From the sequence record MZ501103: a stretch of 64,000 bases of DNA; one strand, given 5' to 3'. Position 1 is the stretch's first letter; each line of letters begins with the position of its first letter. This DNA is from Escherichia phage SelmaRatti. The notes under the pieces were generated by a model, which did no database searches, was not told where the DNA came from, and saw nothing but the letters and a program-made list of their open reading frames with translations. The position numbers and the translations under genes were made by a program. Of this stretch, positions 28,960-38,651 are shown piece by piece.

Positions 28960-29729
28960 TTTACATCTATAGTATAACTCAGTTATCTACTGGAAGACAG
29001 TACGTTGGATCGACTAAGGATATTGAGGCTAGAAAGCGTAAACATTTTTACTCACTAAGTAAGGGGAACCACCATAACGCTTTTCTACAGAGAGCTTATG
29101 ATAAAACCGGAAAGCAAGACTTTGTATTTGACATCTTAGATACTACTGAAGAAGTAGATCAGCAGTTCCTACTAGAAGAAGAGTGGGCTAAGGAGCTGGG
29201 AGCAGAGTTCAACATAGGTAGTTACGGTGGTGGGGATAATCTCACAAATAATCCTCGAAGAGAGGAGATTATTAAGAGAATTGGTGAGAGTGTTAGAAAG
29301 CATATAGCGTCCTTATCTGAAGAAGAAAGAAAAGCCCGGTGGAGTAGACCAGGTGAGCTAAACTATAACTGGAAGGGAGGAGTATCTACTCGCTCAAAAA
29401 CATGTATTGATTGTGGTTCCCTACTAGCCCTTAATAACACTAATGGGGAGTACTGTAATAGTTGCAGGGATCGAACAGGTGAGAATAACCCCTTTTATGG
29501 GAAGAAGCATACTGAAGAGGCTCTGAGCAAGATGTCTCAGGCTTCTAAGCAGTACCAAGAAAGTATTAGAGAGGGAAAGACACCCCTTCCTACCCACTTT
29601 AAGGCAGTACGTGTGGATGGTGTGGAATACGTTAGTATGAGTGCAGCAGCTATAGCATTGGGGTGTTCCACAGCGACTATAGGTAATAGAGTTCGTTCAC
29701 CTAAGTTCCCGACGTATGAGTTTGTATAA
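28956..29729 (+). CDS. GIY-YIG homing endonuclease
   Basis: N-terminal IYIYSITQLSTGRQYVGSTKDIEARKRKH; C-terminal zinc-finger-like CIDCGS...CNSCRD. Confidence 0.75.
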   Translation: MIYIYSITQLSTGRQYVGSTKDIEARKRKHFYSLSKGNHHNAFLQRAYDKTGKQDFVFDILDTTEEVDQQFLLEEEWAKELGAEFNIGSYGGGDNLTNNPRREEIIKRIGESVRKHIASLSEEERKARWSRPGELNYNWKGGVSTRSKTCIDCGSLLALNNTNGEYCNSCRDRTGENNPFYGKKHTEEALSKMSQASKQYQESIREGKTPLPTHFKAVRVDGVEYVSMSAAAIALGCSTATIGNRVRSPKFPTYEFV

Positions 29730-29734
29730 TTTAA

Positions 29735-29760
29735 ATAGCCCTTCGGGGCTATTATATTTA
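29735..29760 (+). terminator. hairpin terminator after GIY-YIG gene
   Basis: atagccc-ttcg-gggctat then AT-rich tail. Confidence 0.45.
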
Positions 29761-29831
29761 AATTTCATTTGCTTATTTAGTGAAATTTAAATATAATATA
29801 CTCAATTAATAAACAAAGGATAAATACGAAT

Positions 29832-30341
29832 ATGATTAATCCAAAAGTAGCTAATGCCTATATTAAGTACAAAGAAGGGACAGCTTCAAAAGAGCAGCTA
29901 AAGTTGCTGCTAGATGTAATAGCCCAAACGTTCCATTATATGGAACTACATGCACTAAATAGTGATGAGGACTGCCAGCTAGTCATTCGTTATGATGGAG
30001 TAGGTCAGGAAGAGGAATGGCCGGACTATCTAGCAGAGGAGATAGATAGTATAGAGTGTGATGAATCTTTAACTGCTGAGGAAACAGCACAGAAGGTTCA
30101 AAGAGTACTAGATGAATATTATAAAACCAAACCTAAGAGGGGTGCAACCTGTTCCATAGAAACTCTCACACCTTGTGAAGATGATATTCAAGAGGTAACT
30201 GAGTGGTTCTCAGAGTTTAAAGAATATACCCACTACTTTAGTGAGCCAGCTTTTCTCTCACTATTAGCACTACCTAGAATGTATAAACCAGCAGATAGTG
30301 AACCATCACATTGGCCTGAAGATACCTACGAAGGGGAATAA
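29832..30341 (+). CDS. hypothetical acidic protein (169 aa)
   Basis: ORF with RBS. Confidence 0.45.
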   Translation: MINPKVANAYIKYKEGTASKEQLKLLLDVIAQTFHYMELHALNSDEDCQLVIRYDGVGQEEEWPDYLAEEIDSIECDESLTAEETAQKVQRVLDEYYKTKPKRGATCSIETLTPCEDDIQEVTEWFSEFKEYTHYFSEPAFLSLLALPRMYKPADSEPSHWPEDTYEGE

Positions 30342-30343
30342 TA

Positions 30344-30820
30344 ATGTCGGTTTTCCACGTTTACACAGATGGGGCTTGTAAGGGTAATCCGGGTTTAGGT
30401 GCTTGGGGTTTCGTAGTTTATGATCCTAATGACGAACGTTTAGGTTCTAAGTCGGGTTTCAGCCCAAAAACTACAAATAATGAAATGGAACTCACAGCTA
30501 TTGTTGAAGTTCTGCGCTGGGCCACTAAGAATGATAAACGCCCAGTTATAATTTACACTGACTCTGCATACTGTAAAAATGGTATGGAGAGTTGGGTATT
30601 TGCCTGGCAAAAGAAAGGATGGAAAAAAGCAGATGGTGAGGCCCCTCTTAATCTAGAACTATGGAAAGAGGCATTTTCTTTACTACAGAAATATATAAAC
30701 TTCCATGACACTACGCCTACTTTTATAAAAGTCAAAGGTCACTCAGGGGACCCTAGAAATGATGAAGTAGATGCTCTATGTAACACAGTTATTACTGAGC
30801 AAGAACTTGCTGAGATGTAA
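30344..30820 (+). CDS. ribonuclease H
   Basis: VYTDGACKGNPG start typical of RNase HI; 158 aa. Confidence 0.8.
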   Translation: MSVFHVYTDGACKGNPGLGAWGFVVYDPNDERLGSKSGFSPKTTNNEMELTAIVEVLRWATKNDKRPVIIYTDSAYCKNGMESWVFAWQKKGWKKADGEAPLNLELWKEAFSLLQKYINFHDTTPTFIKVKGHSGDPRNDEVDALCNTVITEQELAEM

Positions 30821-30896
30821 TAAATAAATTAAAAATCTTCTTGCTTAAAGCCCTCTAATTTAGTATAATATTCGTATTGAAAGTGAGGAGGGCTTT

Positions 30897-31175
30897 ATGC
30901 GAATTTATAACTCAAATTCATTAGGATTTAAACCGTTGAGAAAACGTGCACAATCACCTCGTCAAATAAGAAAGGCTAATATTGGTGAGCCAGAAACACG
31001 TCTCCCACCTCCTCCAGAACAACGTTTAGTTTATCTGGATGAAGAATTAGCTGAACGCGAAAGAAAAGCTCAAGAAGAGATTGAGCGTAAGAAAATGTGT
31101 ACTGCTCCAGCGTATAATAAAGGAGCGTATCAATATGTTTCCGATGCAGAACAAGCCAAGATGGTTGGTAGATAA
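30897..31175 (+). CDS. hypothetical protein (92 aa)
   Basis: ORF. Confidence 0.4.
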   Translation: MRIYNSNSLGFKPLRKRAQSPRQIRKANIGEPETRLPPPPEQRLVYLDEELAERERKAQEEIERKKMCTAPAYNKGAYQYVSDAEQAKMVGR

Positions 31176-31191
31176 TTTTTAAAAAATTCAG

Positions 31192-31220
31192 TTGCTAAAC
31201 GCTTCAAATTCTCGTATAGT
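31192..31220 (+). promoter_or_regulatory. sigma70-type early promoter
   Basis: TTGCTA-17-TATAGT then cataaattga. Confidence 0.5.
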
Positions 31221-31258
31221 ATACTTCATAAATTGATAAACAAAAAGGAAAACAAATA

Positions 31259-31774
31259 ATGGCTAAGCAGAAAAACGCAAAAACTCAAGCAGCTACTACA
31301 GTTAAAACTTTCCCGCAGACTGAGGCTAACCGCAAAGCTCGTCTGGAACGCCACCTGCGCAAGCACCCTACTGATGCTCAAGCTGCACAGGCACTGAATC
31401 GTCCGGCTCCTATTCGTCAAAAGCCGAAGGCTAAGAATGCTACTCGTTCTGTAGCCCGCCTTGTGACCTATGTACAGGGTTATGGTCACAAATCTGTTCC
31501 AGTAACACTGAGTTTCAATGCTGGAGCTGAATTGTTCTCTCGTAATGGCATGGCCATGAAAGATTATGAGAAAGCAGTTAACCAGAAGCGTAAACCAACG
31601 GCAGATGTACTGCGTGATGCTCGTGGACAGTTTGGTTCTGTTAAGCCAAATATCTTCGGTGTAGAGTATAGCAAAGATAACGTTCGTGCTCTGTGCTACG
31701 GTGTAGGGATTAAATTCACGGGCGATTCTGCTCGTAAATCTGCTAAACCAGCTCGTAAACGTAAAGCGAAGTAA
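31259..31774 (+). CDS. hypothetical basic protein (171 aa)
   Basis: Strong promoter and RBS, Lys/Arg-rich, followed by hairpin terminator. Confidence 0.5.
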   Translation: MAKQKNAKTQAATTVKTFPQTEANRKARLERHLRKHPTDAQAAQALNRPAPIRQKPKAKNATRSVARLVTYVQGYGHKSVPVTLSFNAGAELFSRNGMAMKDYEKAVNQKRKPTADVLRDARGQFGSVKPNIFGVEYSKDNVRALCYGVGIKFTGDSARKSAKPARKRKAK

Positions 31775-31779
31775 TAGAT

Positions 31780-31806
31780 AAGAGGGGCTTTCGCCCCTCT
31801 TAGTTT
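31780..31806 (+). terminator. rho-independent terminator
   Basis: agaggggc-tttc-gcccctct then tagttt. Confidence 0.55.
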
Positions 31807-31815
31807 GGAGAAACT

Positions 31816-32037
31816 ATGCGTAATTTTGTAGTAAAGAATGATTTTAACCGTGCTAGCACTCATAAGTCTGCTAGAGATTACACACGACTTTCTAGTCATG
31901 AGATAATGGATTTAGCAGTGGATGAGTTAGACTTAGATGACCTCTCTATGGAAGAGAACTGGGATGTCAGTGAAGATATGCTTCCTGGTTTTAAAGACCC
32001 CAAGAAGTGGGAGTCTATTAAAGAGACAACTCTTTAA
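31816..32037 (+). CDS. hypothetical protein (73 aa)
   Basis: ORF. Confidence 0.4.
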   Translation: MRNFVVKNDFNRASTHKSARDYTRLSSHEIMDLAVDELDLDDLSMEENWDVSEDMLPGFKDPKKWESIKETTL

Positions 32038-32065
32038 TAGTTTTCTACACAATAAAGGATAAGTT

Positions 32066-32767
32066 ATGAAAGTAAAACCATTTGGTATGCTAGATATTGA
32101 ATCTCTAGGAACTCCAGGAGATTGTGGTACTACTCATATTGTAATGCCTTCTTTCGCTTTTGTGGCTATGCACGGAATTGATAAAGATCCTGGTCTAGTG
32201 TTTGTTACTTTAGATGTACAAGATCAGCTTAATTCTGGAGCTAAAGTTACGGCATCTACTCTAGCATTCTGGATGGATCAAGCTAAACATAGCCCGTCTG
32301 CTGTCCACATTATGGAAGCTATGAAGGAACGTAATCCAAAACTGATTGCCTTCCAAAATGGTAAACATTATTGCACTAATAAATTAGGCTCAAACTATGC
32401 TGCCTTCTCTATGGCTAAAAACATTATGGAATCGGCTCTAGGAGAGAATGCTCTATACTACGGCAATGGCCCGGAGTTTGATATGACTATCTACTCTGCA
32501 AATACGTTCCACGCGGGAACTCACGAAGAGGTAGTTCCGTGGAAATTCTGGAACTTAGGTAATGTTCGATCTATACGCAATCTTTGGATGCAGGCTGGCT
32601 ATAGTTATAAAGATCTAGAAGCCGAAGGTATTAGCTGGGCAATAGCTAAAATGGAGAAGATGGACACCATTCGTTATGGGATCTATCCGGTTAAGCATGA
32701 TCCAGCATTCGATGCCTTAGTTGAGAGCTATTGTATTGCAGCTATGATCGAAAAAATGAAAATTTGA
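32066..32767 (+). CDS. DEDDh-type 3'-5' exonuclease-like protein
   Basis: N-terminal MLDIESLG (Exo I D-x-E) and C-terminal HDPAFDAL (Exo III H-x4-D). Confidence 0.45.
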   Translation: MKVKPFGMLDIESLGTPGDCGTTHIVMPSFAFVAMHGIDKDPGLVFVTLDVQDQLNSGAKVTASTLAFWMDQAKHSPSAVHIMEAMKERNPKLIAFQNGKHYCTNKLGSNYAAFSMAKNIMESALGENALYYGNGPEFDMTIYSANTFHAGTHEEVVPWKFWNLGNVRSIRNLWMQAGYSYKDLEAEGISWAIAKMEKMDTIRYGIYPVKHDPAFDALVESYCIAAMIEKMKI

Positions 32768-32768
32768 T

Positions 32769-32797
32769 TTGCTTCCGGCTCCAAAATTCTGTATAAT
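32769..32797 (+). promoter_or_regulatory. sigma70-type early promoter
   Basis: TTGCTT-17-TATAAT then cataaatttgag. Confidence 0.55.
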
Positions 32798-32854
32798 ATA
32801 TTCATAAATTTGAGAAAACAATAAAAAAAAGAAAACAATAAAAGGAAAACAAAT

Positions 32855-33037
32855 ATGCCAGTATCTAAAAATGTTCGTAAAAATGGTAAGAAAGCTACTC
32901 GTAACCTGGGTATCCGTCGTATGGCTGAACGTCAATCAGGTGTCCAGAAAATCTTTGATCTGCTAAATCGTGCTAATCCTAAAATTGATAACAGTAACGA
33001 TACTGTTCTGCGCACTCTGCTGGCAATTGGTCTGTAA
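32855..33037 (+). CDS. hypothetical protein (60 aa)
   Basis: ORF behind promoter 32769-32797. Confidence 0.4.
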   Translation: MPVSKNVRKNGKKATRNLGIRRMAERQSGVQKIFDLLNRANPKIDNSNDTVLRTLLAIGL

Positions 33038-33090
33038 TAAACCAAGTTTAAACAAATTCAAATCTCAAATTTCATATAAGGAAGCAAATA

Positions 33091-33729
33091 ATGACTACTA
33101 GTATTTCTAAAACTCGCGCTCTGGCAACTATCAAATCTCTGGAAGCTAAAATCCGTAAAGCTACTGAACAACAGCTTCTGATCGCTGTTGGTGAAGGTAA
33201 GGATAAAAATAAGGTTGTAGTTGGCGCTGCAATCGAAGTAGACGATCTGTCTGCTCGTATTAAGACTGATTTCCAGTCTCTGCTGGATATGATGTCCCAG
33301 CGTGATCGTATCAAAGCTGCTCTGATTAAAAGCAATGCTGAAACAATCGTTGAGATTGGCTCTCGTAAGATGACTGTTGCGGAAGCAATTGAAGCTAAGC
33401 GTTCTATGGAACTTAAAGCCCAACTGCTGGATAACATGCGTAAGCAGTTCCATGCCGCTACGGTTAAGTTTAATACGCAGAAAGCACAGTTTGATGCTAA
33501 ATATGAGCGTTTGCAGGATAGCATGGCTACCCGCGATAAGAAAACTTCCGAAGATGAAGTTAAAATGCAGCTCAACCTGCTGGAACTCAAGAATACTCCA
33601 TTCTTGATTGACCCGCTGGAACTGGAAAAGCTGATTAAGCAGCACGACGAGGAATACCAGGACTTTGCAACAAATGTTGACTTTGTTCTGTCCGAGTCTA
33701 ACGCCTCTACCTTTATTGAAGTAGAGTAA
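33091..33729 (+). CDS. hypothetical coiled-coil protein (212 aa)
   Basis: RBS aaggaag; overlapping minus-strand ORFs have implausible composition. Confidence 0.5.
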   Translation: MTTSISKTRALATIKSLEAKIRKATEQQLLIAVGEGKDKNKVVVGAAIEVDDLSARIKTDFQSLLDMMSQRDRIKAALIKSNAETIVEIGSRKMTVAEAIEAKRSMELKAQLLDNMRKQFHAATVKFNTQKAQFDAKYERLQDSMATRDKKTSEDEVKMQLNLLELKNTPFLIDPLELEKLIKQHDEEYQDFATNVDFVLSESNASTFIEVE

Positions 33730-34112
33730 TAATTTAAAAGCTAGTAAATCGGTAGACGAAAGCCCAAGCATCTTACCTCGCAGCAGCGGTTGAAATACGA
33801 GGTTAAATAAGACCGCTGACCATACTATAAAGTATAATCTATTGGAGATTATGTTTATTACATCAGACACTTAATCTGACACGTAAAAACAAAGCGTCGT
33901 TGATATTACCGACACAACTTCAAAGATCAACATTTAAGTATGAAAGCTGAAAAGTTTAAAGAACTCAAACTTCTAAACTTCTAAAGCTAAAAGATGCAAA
34001 GTATTCGTTGATGATTCAAACCCTAGATCAAAGGTACATGGCTCGTAAGATATGGCCTGTGGCGCCTCTAGGCTGTTTATCGGTTTACTAGTTTCACAAT
34101 TTAAAAATGTAT

Positions 34113-34141
34113 TTGCTAATCTACTAAATTATATGTATAAT
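34113..34141 (+). promoter_or_regulatory. sigma70-type early promoter (HNH gene)
   Basis: TTGCTA-17-TATAAT. Confidence 0.55.
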
Positions 34142-34171
34142 ATATTTTTAAATTGATGAAACGAGGCTATT

Positions 34172-34993
34172 ATGGGTAAATTACAAAAACAAATACTACC
34201 ATATATAGATTATATTCGAGAAATTATAAAATATAATCCTTATACCGGTAAATTATTTTATAAGCCTAATAAATACAAGAATAAAACTTGGCACACCCTA
34301 TATGCTGGGAGAGAAATATGTAGTAAGAACTCTAATGGGTACATCAGAGTTAGCTTGCTCTTAGGTAATAAACCCACAATTATTTATGGGCACCGAATAG
34401 CGTGGTTGCTCCATTATGGTGAAGAGCCACCTGATATGATCGACCATATAAATACCATACCGTGGGATAACAGAATTCTTAATCTAAGAGAGACAAATTT
34501 TAAGTTAAATAGGATTAATACTGATAAAACCGTAGGTGTAGAACTCCTCTCCGAGGGTTTTGTGTATAGCATTACATTAGGTGGAAAGTTTTTCGTATCT
34601 CCTGGCTTCACCACTTTCGAACAAGCTAAAGGGGAAAGAGAAAAACTAGTAAATGGTTTATGTAATGCAGAAATTGGGAAGCAGACCAATATTCTAATAG
34701 ACGATGTTAGAGATCTACCTGAAATGTCCATTATTTGTCGTACAGTTATAGGTGCGCTGGAACTATCAGATATGTTTAGTTTCACAGGATCCTATTTATT
34801 TATGGACTCAGATTTAGGGGATCCAGAGGTACAAGGAAAAGATTTATTAGATCATATACTATTTTTAGGTCAAAGACCACTAAAAGTGGTTCTAGTAACA
34901 TCTAATCCTGTTGACGCAGAGTACATGAGAGGAACCCTTACGTCTTATGGATACCGAGAAAATCCCAATAGATTAGAATATGATCTATTTTAA
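34172..34993 (+). CDS. HNH homing endonuclease (AP2/HNH_3-like)
   Basis: GYIRVSL...HRIAWLLHYGEEPPDMIDHINTIPWDNRILNLRETN. Confidence 0.7.
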   Translation: MGKLQKQILPYIDYIREIIKYNPYTGKLFYKPNKYKNKTWHTLYAGREICSKNSNGYIRVSLLLGNKPTIIYGHRIAWLLHYGEEPPDMIDHINTIPWDNRILNLRETNFKLNRINTDKTVGVELLSEGFVYSITLGGKFFVSPGFTTFEQAKGEREKLVNGLCNAEIGKQTNILIDDVRDLPEMSIICRTVIGALELSDMFSFTGSYLFMDSDLGDPEVQGKDLLDHILFLGQRPLKVVLVTSNPVDAEYMRGTLTSYGYRENPNRLEYDLF

Positions 34994-35005
34994 GGAGTAA
35001 AAAGA

Positions 35006-35455
35006 ATGAAGGCAGCTTTGCTTTTAGTAGCTGCCCTTACCTTCAGCTTTAGTAGTCAGGCATCGCACGATGCAAAAGAAATAGATTGCATTGCTAAAAA
35101 TATCTATTTCGAAAGTCGTGGTGAGGGCATAAAGGGAATGACGGCGATTGCACATGTTACTAAAAACCGTGTAAACTCCGGTAAATTCCCAGATTCCTAC
35201 TGTAAAGTATTATATCAGTCTAACCAGTTCTCTTGGGTATCTAAGAGACCAAAAGTTGATAAAACTGATGAGGCTTGGCAAACCGCCAAGAATTTAGCTA
35301 GAGTGATATACTACGTTGATTTACCACAAGATCCTACACATGGAGCACTATACTTCCATAGTGGTAAAGATAAACCTTACTGGACAAAGAAGTTTAAGAA
35401 AACAACTAAGATTAAGGGACATACGTTTTATAAACCTGTTGTCACTAAAACTTAA
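35006..35455 (+). CDS. SleB-like cell wall hydrolase with signal peptide
   Basis: Signal peptide then CIAKNIYFESRGEG...AIAHVTKNR...GALYFH. Confidence 0.55.
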   Translation: MKAALLLVAALTFSFSSQASHDAKEIDCIAKNIYFESRGEGIKGMTAIAHVTKNRVNSGKFPDSYCKVLYQSNQFSWVSKRPKVDKTDEAWQTAKNLARVIYYVDLPQDPTHGALYFHSGKDKPYWTKKFKKTTKIKGHTFYKPVVTKT

Positions 35456-35466
35456 AAATTTATTAA

Positions 35467-36156
35467 ATGAAAAAATTAACACAGGAAGAAGTAGAGAGTT
35501 ACCTAGTTAGTAGAGGCTTATTCACTAATGATAAGTATACTAATACTAGGACTAAAATGCAGTTCTGTTGCACCTATGGACATGTTTTTAATGCTACCCT
35601 AAATAATATTAGGAACGGAAGAGGTTGTCCCTACTGCTATGGAAATGTTAGGTACACTCAAGAACAAGTATCTGAATATTTGCGTAGTTTAGGATATTAC
35701 ACCATTACCAAATATATAAATAATAACTCTAAGCTACAACTTACTTGTAGTAAGGGGCATGTATGGATTACCACTTTTAGTGCCATAAAAAATATGGGTA
35801 ATAGATGCCCTGAGTGCTCCAATATATGGAGCGATGGTGGGATACTTTATATAATAACTAGTTCATTAGGTACAAAAATAGGAATTACTAATTCTCCTGC
35901 TCGTAGGTTAAGGGATTTGATTACTGCATCCGGGGATCCCACAGCTAAGTATTATGGTCATTATACATATGGTAGCTCTTCTAAATCAGAAACCCTTGCT
36001 TTAGAGAAGAAGGCACATATGTATTTTAAAAGTCATAATTGTGGTTATAGTGGATTTGCTGGATCTACTGAATACTTTAATATTTCCACCGAAGAGGCAG
36101 AAGAATTCCTCTTGAAAGAGGGGGCCACAATAGTACAGAAAGAGGGTGGTTTATGA
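35467..36156 (+). CDS. zinc-ribbon repeat + T5orf172/GIY-YIG-like domain protein (homing-endonuclease-like)
   Basis: FCCTYGHVF...CPYC, LTCSKGHVW...CPEC, then LYIITSSLGTKIGITNSPARRL. Confidence 0.6.
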   Translation: MKKLTQEEVESYLVSRGLFTNDKYTNTRTKMQFCCTYGHVFNATLNNIRNGRGCPYCYGNVRYTQEQVSEYLRSLGYYTITKYINNNSKLQLTCSKGHVWITTFSAIKNMGNRCPECSNIWSDGGILYIITSSLGTKIGITNSPARRLRDLITASGDPTAKYYGHYTYGSSSKSETLALEKKAHMYFKSHNCGYSGFAGSTEYFNISTEEAEEFLLKEGATIVQKEGGL

Positions 36157-36323
36157 AGAACTTGATCGTCATTGGTGTTAATACTCGCGGTATTCGTACT
36201 ACGAAAACTGTTAAAACTTCCAACGTTGCTGAGATCACTACGAACCCTAAGAAGTTTGATTTCGCTAAAGTCTCGGCAGTTATGACAGAACAATCTTTTA
36301 ACCAAGCACTGGGAATTAAATAA
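36153..36323 (+). CDS. small hypothetical protein (56 aa)
   Basis: ATG overlaps previous stop; stop overlaps next start (TAATG). Confidence 0.3.
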   Translation: MKNLIVIGVNTRGIRTTKTVKTSNVAEITTNPKKFDFAKVSAVMTEQSFNQALGIK

Positions 36324-36766
36324 TGGAAGAGAATATTCTAGATGTTTTGCGTAGGGCTTTGCAGGGATCTAAGGTTGATGGTTCTGATAAAGAAGTAGCT
36401 AAAAGCTACCAGACCATAATCGGAGATCTTCAGCGTGTTGATAAAGACTTCATTACTTCTGAACAGTTTGTATCTTATCTAAAAGCTCAACTGAAAAGCA
36501 TTAATCAGACGAAAGCTAAACTTCACGGTCAAGACCTTGATAATTATAGCTTGCAGTCTGCTCAGTATGAATATATACTGAACAAATGGTTACAGCAGTA
36601 TTTGCCACCTCAGTTATCTGATTCTGAGATTCGCAAATACTTTGCAGAATTAGTTAAGTTGAACCCTGGGATTACAAAAGGTATGCTGATGAAAGCGATT
36701 AAGGAAGAATTTCCTGGGCGTTATGATGGTGGTACTGCTGCTCAGATTGCTGGCGAATTTAATTAA
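36323..36766 (+). CDS. GatB/YqeY-domain protein
   Basis: QQYLPPQLSDSEI and C-terminal G..DGG.A.QIA match the YqeY pattern. Confidence 0.55.
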   Translation: MEENILDVLRRALQGSKVDGSDKEVAKSYQTIIGDLQRVDKDFITSEQFVSYLKAQLKSINQTKAKLHGQDLDNYSLQSAQYEYILNKWLQQYLPPQLSDSEIRKYFAELVKLNPGITKGMLMKAIKEEFPGRYDGGTAAQIAGEFN

Positions 36767-36789
36767 AAATTTACTTGCTAAATGCTTAT

Positions 36790-36818
36790 AAATTCTGTAT
36801 AATATATTCATAAATTAG
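36790..36818 (+). promoter_or_regulatory. sigma70-type early promoter driving the tRNA/ncRNA region
   Basis: TTGCTA-17-TATAAT then cataaattagag. Confidence 0.55.
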
Positions 36819-37455
36819 AGAGTAATTCTTCTCTAATTTATTAAATAGTGGGGTGTGGAAATCACTTATGTAGTAACACTGCCGTCCTAGTATAATTGGT
36901 ATTATCAAGCCGTAACTGGTGGAAGATGTAGGTTCGAATCCTACGGTCGGTAAGAACTGGATAACTGATGCTTTTAACGTAAAAGCTTCCGAGGTTAGTT
37001 GCGCACTGCCTAAACCACGCGGTAGTTGGTTCCAGACTAACCAACCAGTCTGCTGAATAGTTTTATTACGATTTAACTATGTCCAGGCTAAAGAAGAACT
37101 TTAGAAGGTATTTCTAGGGTAGTGAAGTTCTTTCTCCATATCGGAGTAGTTTTTCAGGCTATCCACAAAGTGGGAAATGCTGACATGAGAGATGTCACTA
37201 ATGGTGCACAATAGCACAGGTAATTCGCGATAACTCCTGTTGAGTAGCAGCAAAAGGCGGGAAGTCATGACCCCAAGCCTAACCGAGTCCTCAATATACC
37301 GCAGGACATAACCACTAAGTCACCCTGACTTAAACTGGAAAATAATAGACGTTACCGTATTTTGTCTTGAAATACTTAATGAGTGAGACTTATGACTCTC
37401 CCGGTATCGTCTGTATTTTTAAGAGTTTTTACGAGAGTTCTTAAAAATACTTAAA

Positions 37456-37530
37456 CGGGGTGTAGTCTAAGGGAGAGGCAGGAGTCTTCTAAATTCCTTT
37501 ATGCAGGTTCGAATCCTGTCACCTCGGCCA
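37456..37530 (+). tRNA. tRNA-Arg (anticodon TCT)
   Basis: Hand-folded cloverleaf: acceptor cggggtg/cacctcg, anticodon loop cttctaa, T-arm gcagg-ttcgaat-cctgt, encoded CCA. Confidence 0.7.
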
Positions 37531-37564
37531 ATTTTATTAACTGTAACTAAAACAAAGGAAATAT

Positions 37565-38512
37565 ATGTTTAATACTAAAAATATGAAAGAACTAACTTCT
37601 GAGCAGAAAGTAATTCGTACTATTAAACGTTGGGGGATTGGTGCTGTAGTTGGTTTAGCAGGTTTAATCCTAGCTTTTAATTCATATACTATTGTTTCTG
37701 ATGGTACGGTTAAAACTCAAACATTCCTGGGTAAAGTAGACCCTAATCCAGTATTACCTGGTTTCCATATTGTAAACCCGTTTGCATCTTTCGATACTTT
37801 CAGTACAAAAGATATTGCTGTAAAATTAGATAAACTTCAGGTTCCTAGTCAGGATAAGTTTAAATCCACTGTTGACCTGACTGTTATGTTACAATTTGAT
37901 GGTTCTAAGGCACCGATCAACCGTATTAATGCAGGTACTCAGGATCAGGCTCTAGATAAGTACGTAACTGAAAAATTACTGTCCACTATTCGTGAGTTCG
38001 GTAAGTCTGTACCTAAAGCACAAGATTTATTTGATGCTAAAATTCAGGCTCAATTGCAAACTGCAATTCAACAGGAAGTTGAAGAGTATGCACGCCCATA
38101 TGGTTACACAGTTAAGCAGGTATTCCTTCAGGATATTACTTTGCCACCGGTAATCATGGAACAGGTACAGAATACCAAAGTTCGTGAAGAACAGGTTAAT
38201 GCTGCTAAAGCTGAATTAGCTCGTGTTGAACAGGAAGCACAGCAAAAAGTTAAACAAGCAGAAGCAGATCGTGAAGCTCGCAACAACCAAGCTATCGCTA
38301 ATGAACGTGACGCAGATGCTAAACTGTACGCAGCTAAGAAAGAAGCTGAAGCTAACGCCGCACTGCAACGTACCATTACTCCTGAGATGATTCGTTGGAA
38401 ACAACTGGAAGTTGAGATGATTCGTGCTCAGAAATATCAAGGTGGTGTGCCGCAGACTGTGGTTGGCACTGGTTACGATGGCCAGATGATTATGGATATG
38501 CGTAATAAGTAA
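37565..38512 (+). CDS. SPFH/band-7 membrane protein
   Basis: N-terminal TM helix, band-7-like core, C-terminal coiled coil. Confidence 0.55.
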   Translation: MFNTKNMKELTSEQKVIRTIKRWGIGAVVGLAGLILAFNSYTIVSDGTVKTQTFLGKVDPNPVLPGFHIVNPFASFDTFSTKDIAVKLDKLQVPSQDKFKSTVDLTVMLQFDGSKAPINRINAGTQDQALDKYVTEKLLSTIREFGKSVPKAQDLFDAKIQAQLQTAIQQEVEEYARPYGYTVKQVFLQDITLPPVIMEQVQNTKVREEQVNAAKAELARVEQEAQQKVKQAEADREARNNQAIANERDADAKLYAAKKEAEANAALQRTITPEMIRWKQLEVEMIRAQKYQGGVPQTVVGTGYDGQMIMDMRNK

Positions 38513-38588
38513 TATCCACGCGTAATATTCGAAGTAAGCCCTGTGTTTCCTGGAGAGCGCAGGCAATTAAATGAATTTATATAAAATT

Positions 38589-38621
38589 TTGCTTGTTTTT
38601 GCGCGTAAAATTTTATATAAT
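38589..38621 (+). promoter_or_regulatory. sigma70-type early promoter
   Basis: TTGCTT then TATATAAT; exact -10 register ambiguous. Confidence 0.45.
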
Positions 38622-38651
38622 ATTTACTCAAATTTGGAAGAATACGTTAAC

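Noticed and set aside
33058-33870. Minus-strand ORFs 33058-33870 and 33072-33590
   Set aside because: Antisense to a plus-strand gene that has RBS and promoter context; Leu/Ser/Cys-rich products typical of antisense frames
36881-36952. Candidate tRNA with T-arm gtagg-ttcgaat-cctac
   Set aside because: Acceptor stem has an internal U-U mismatch and no anticodon stem could be formed; kept only as a tRNA-like fragment in the findings
38571-38651. Upstream start of ORF 38571-39023
   Set aside because: The first 27 codons overlap the promoter -35/-10 elements; the internal ATG at 38652 has an RBS
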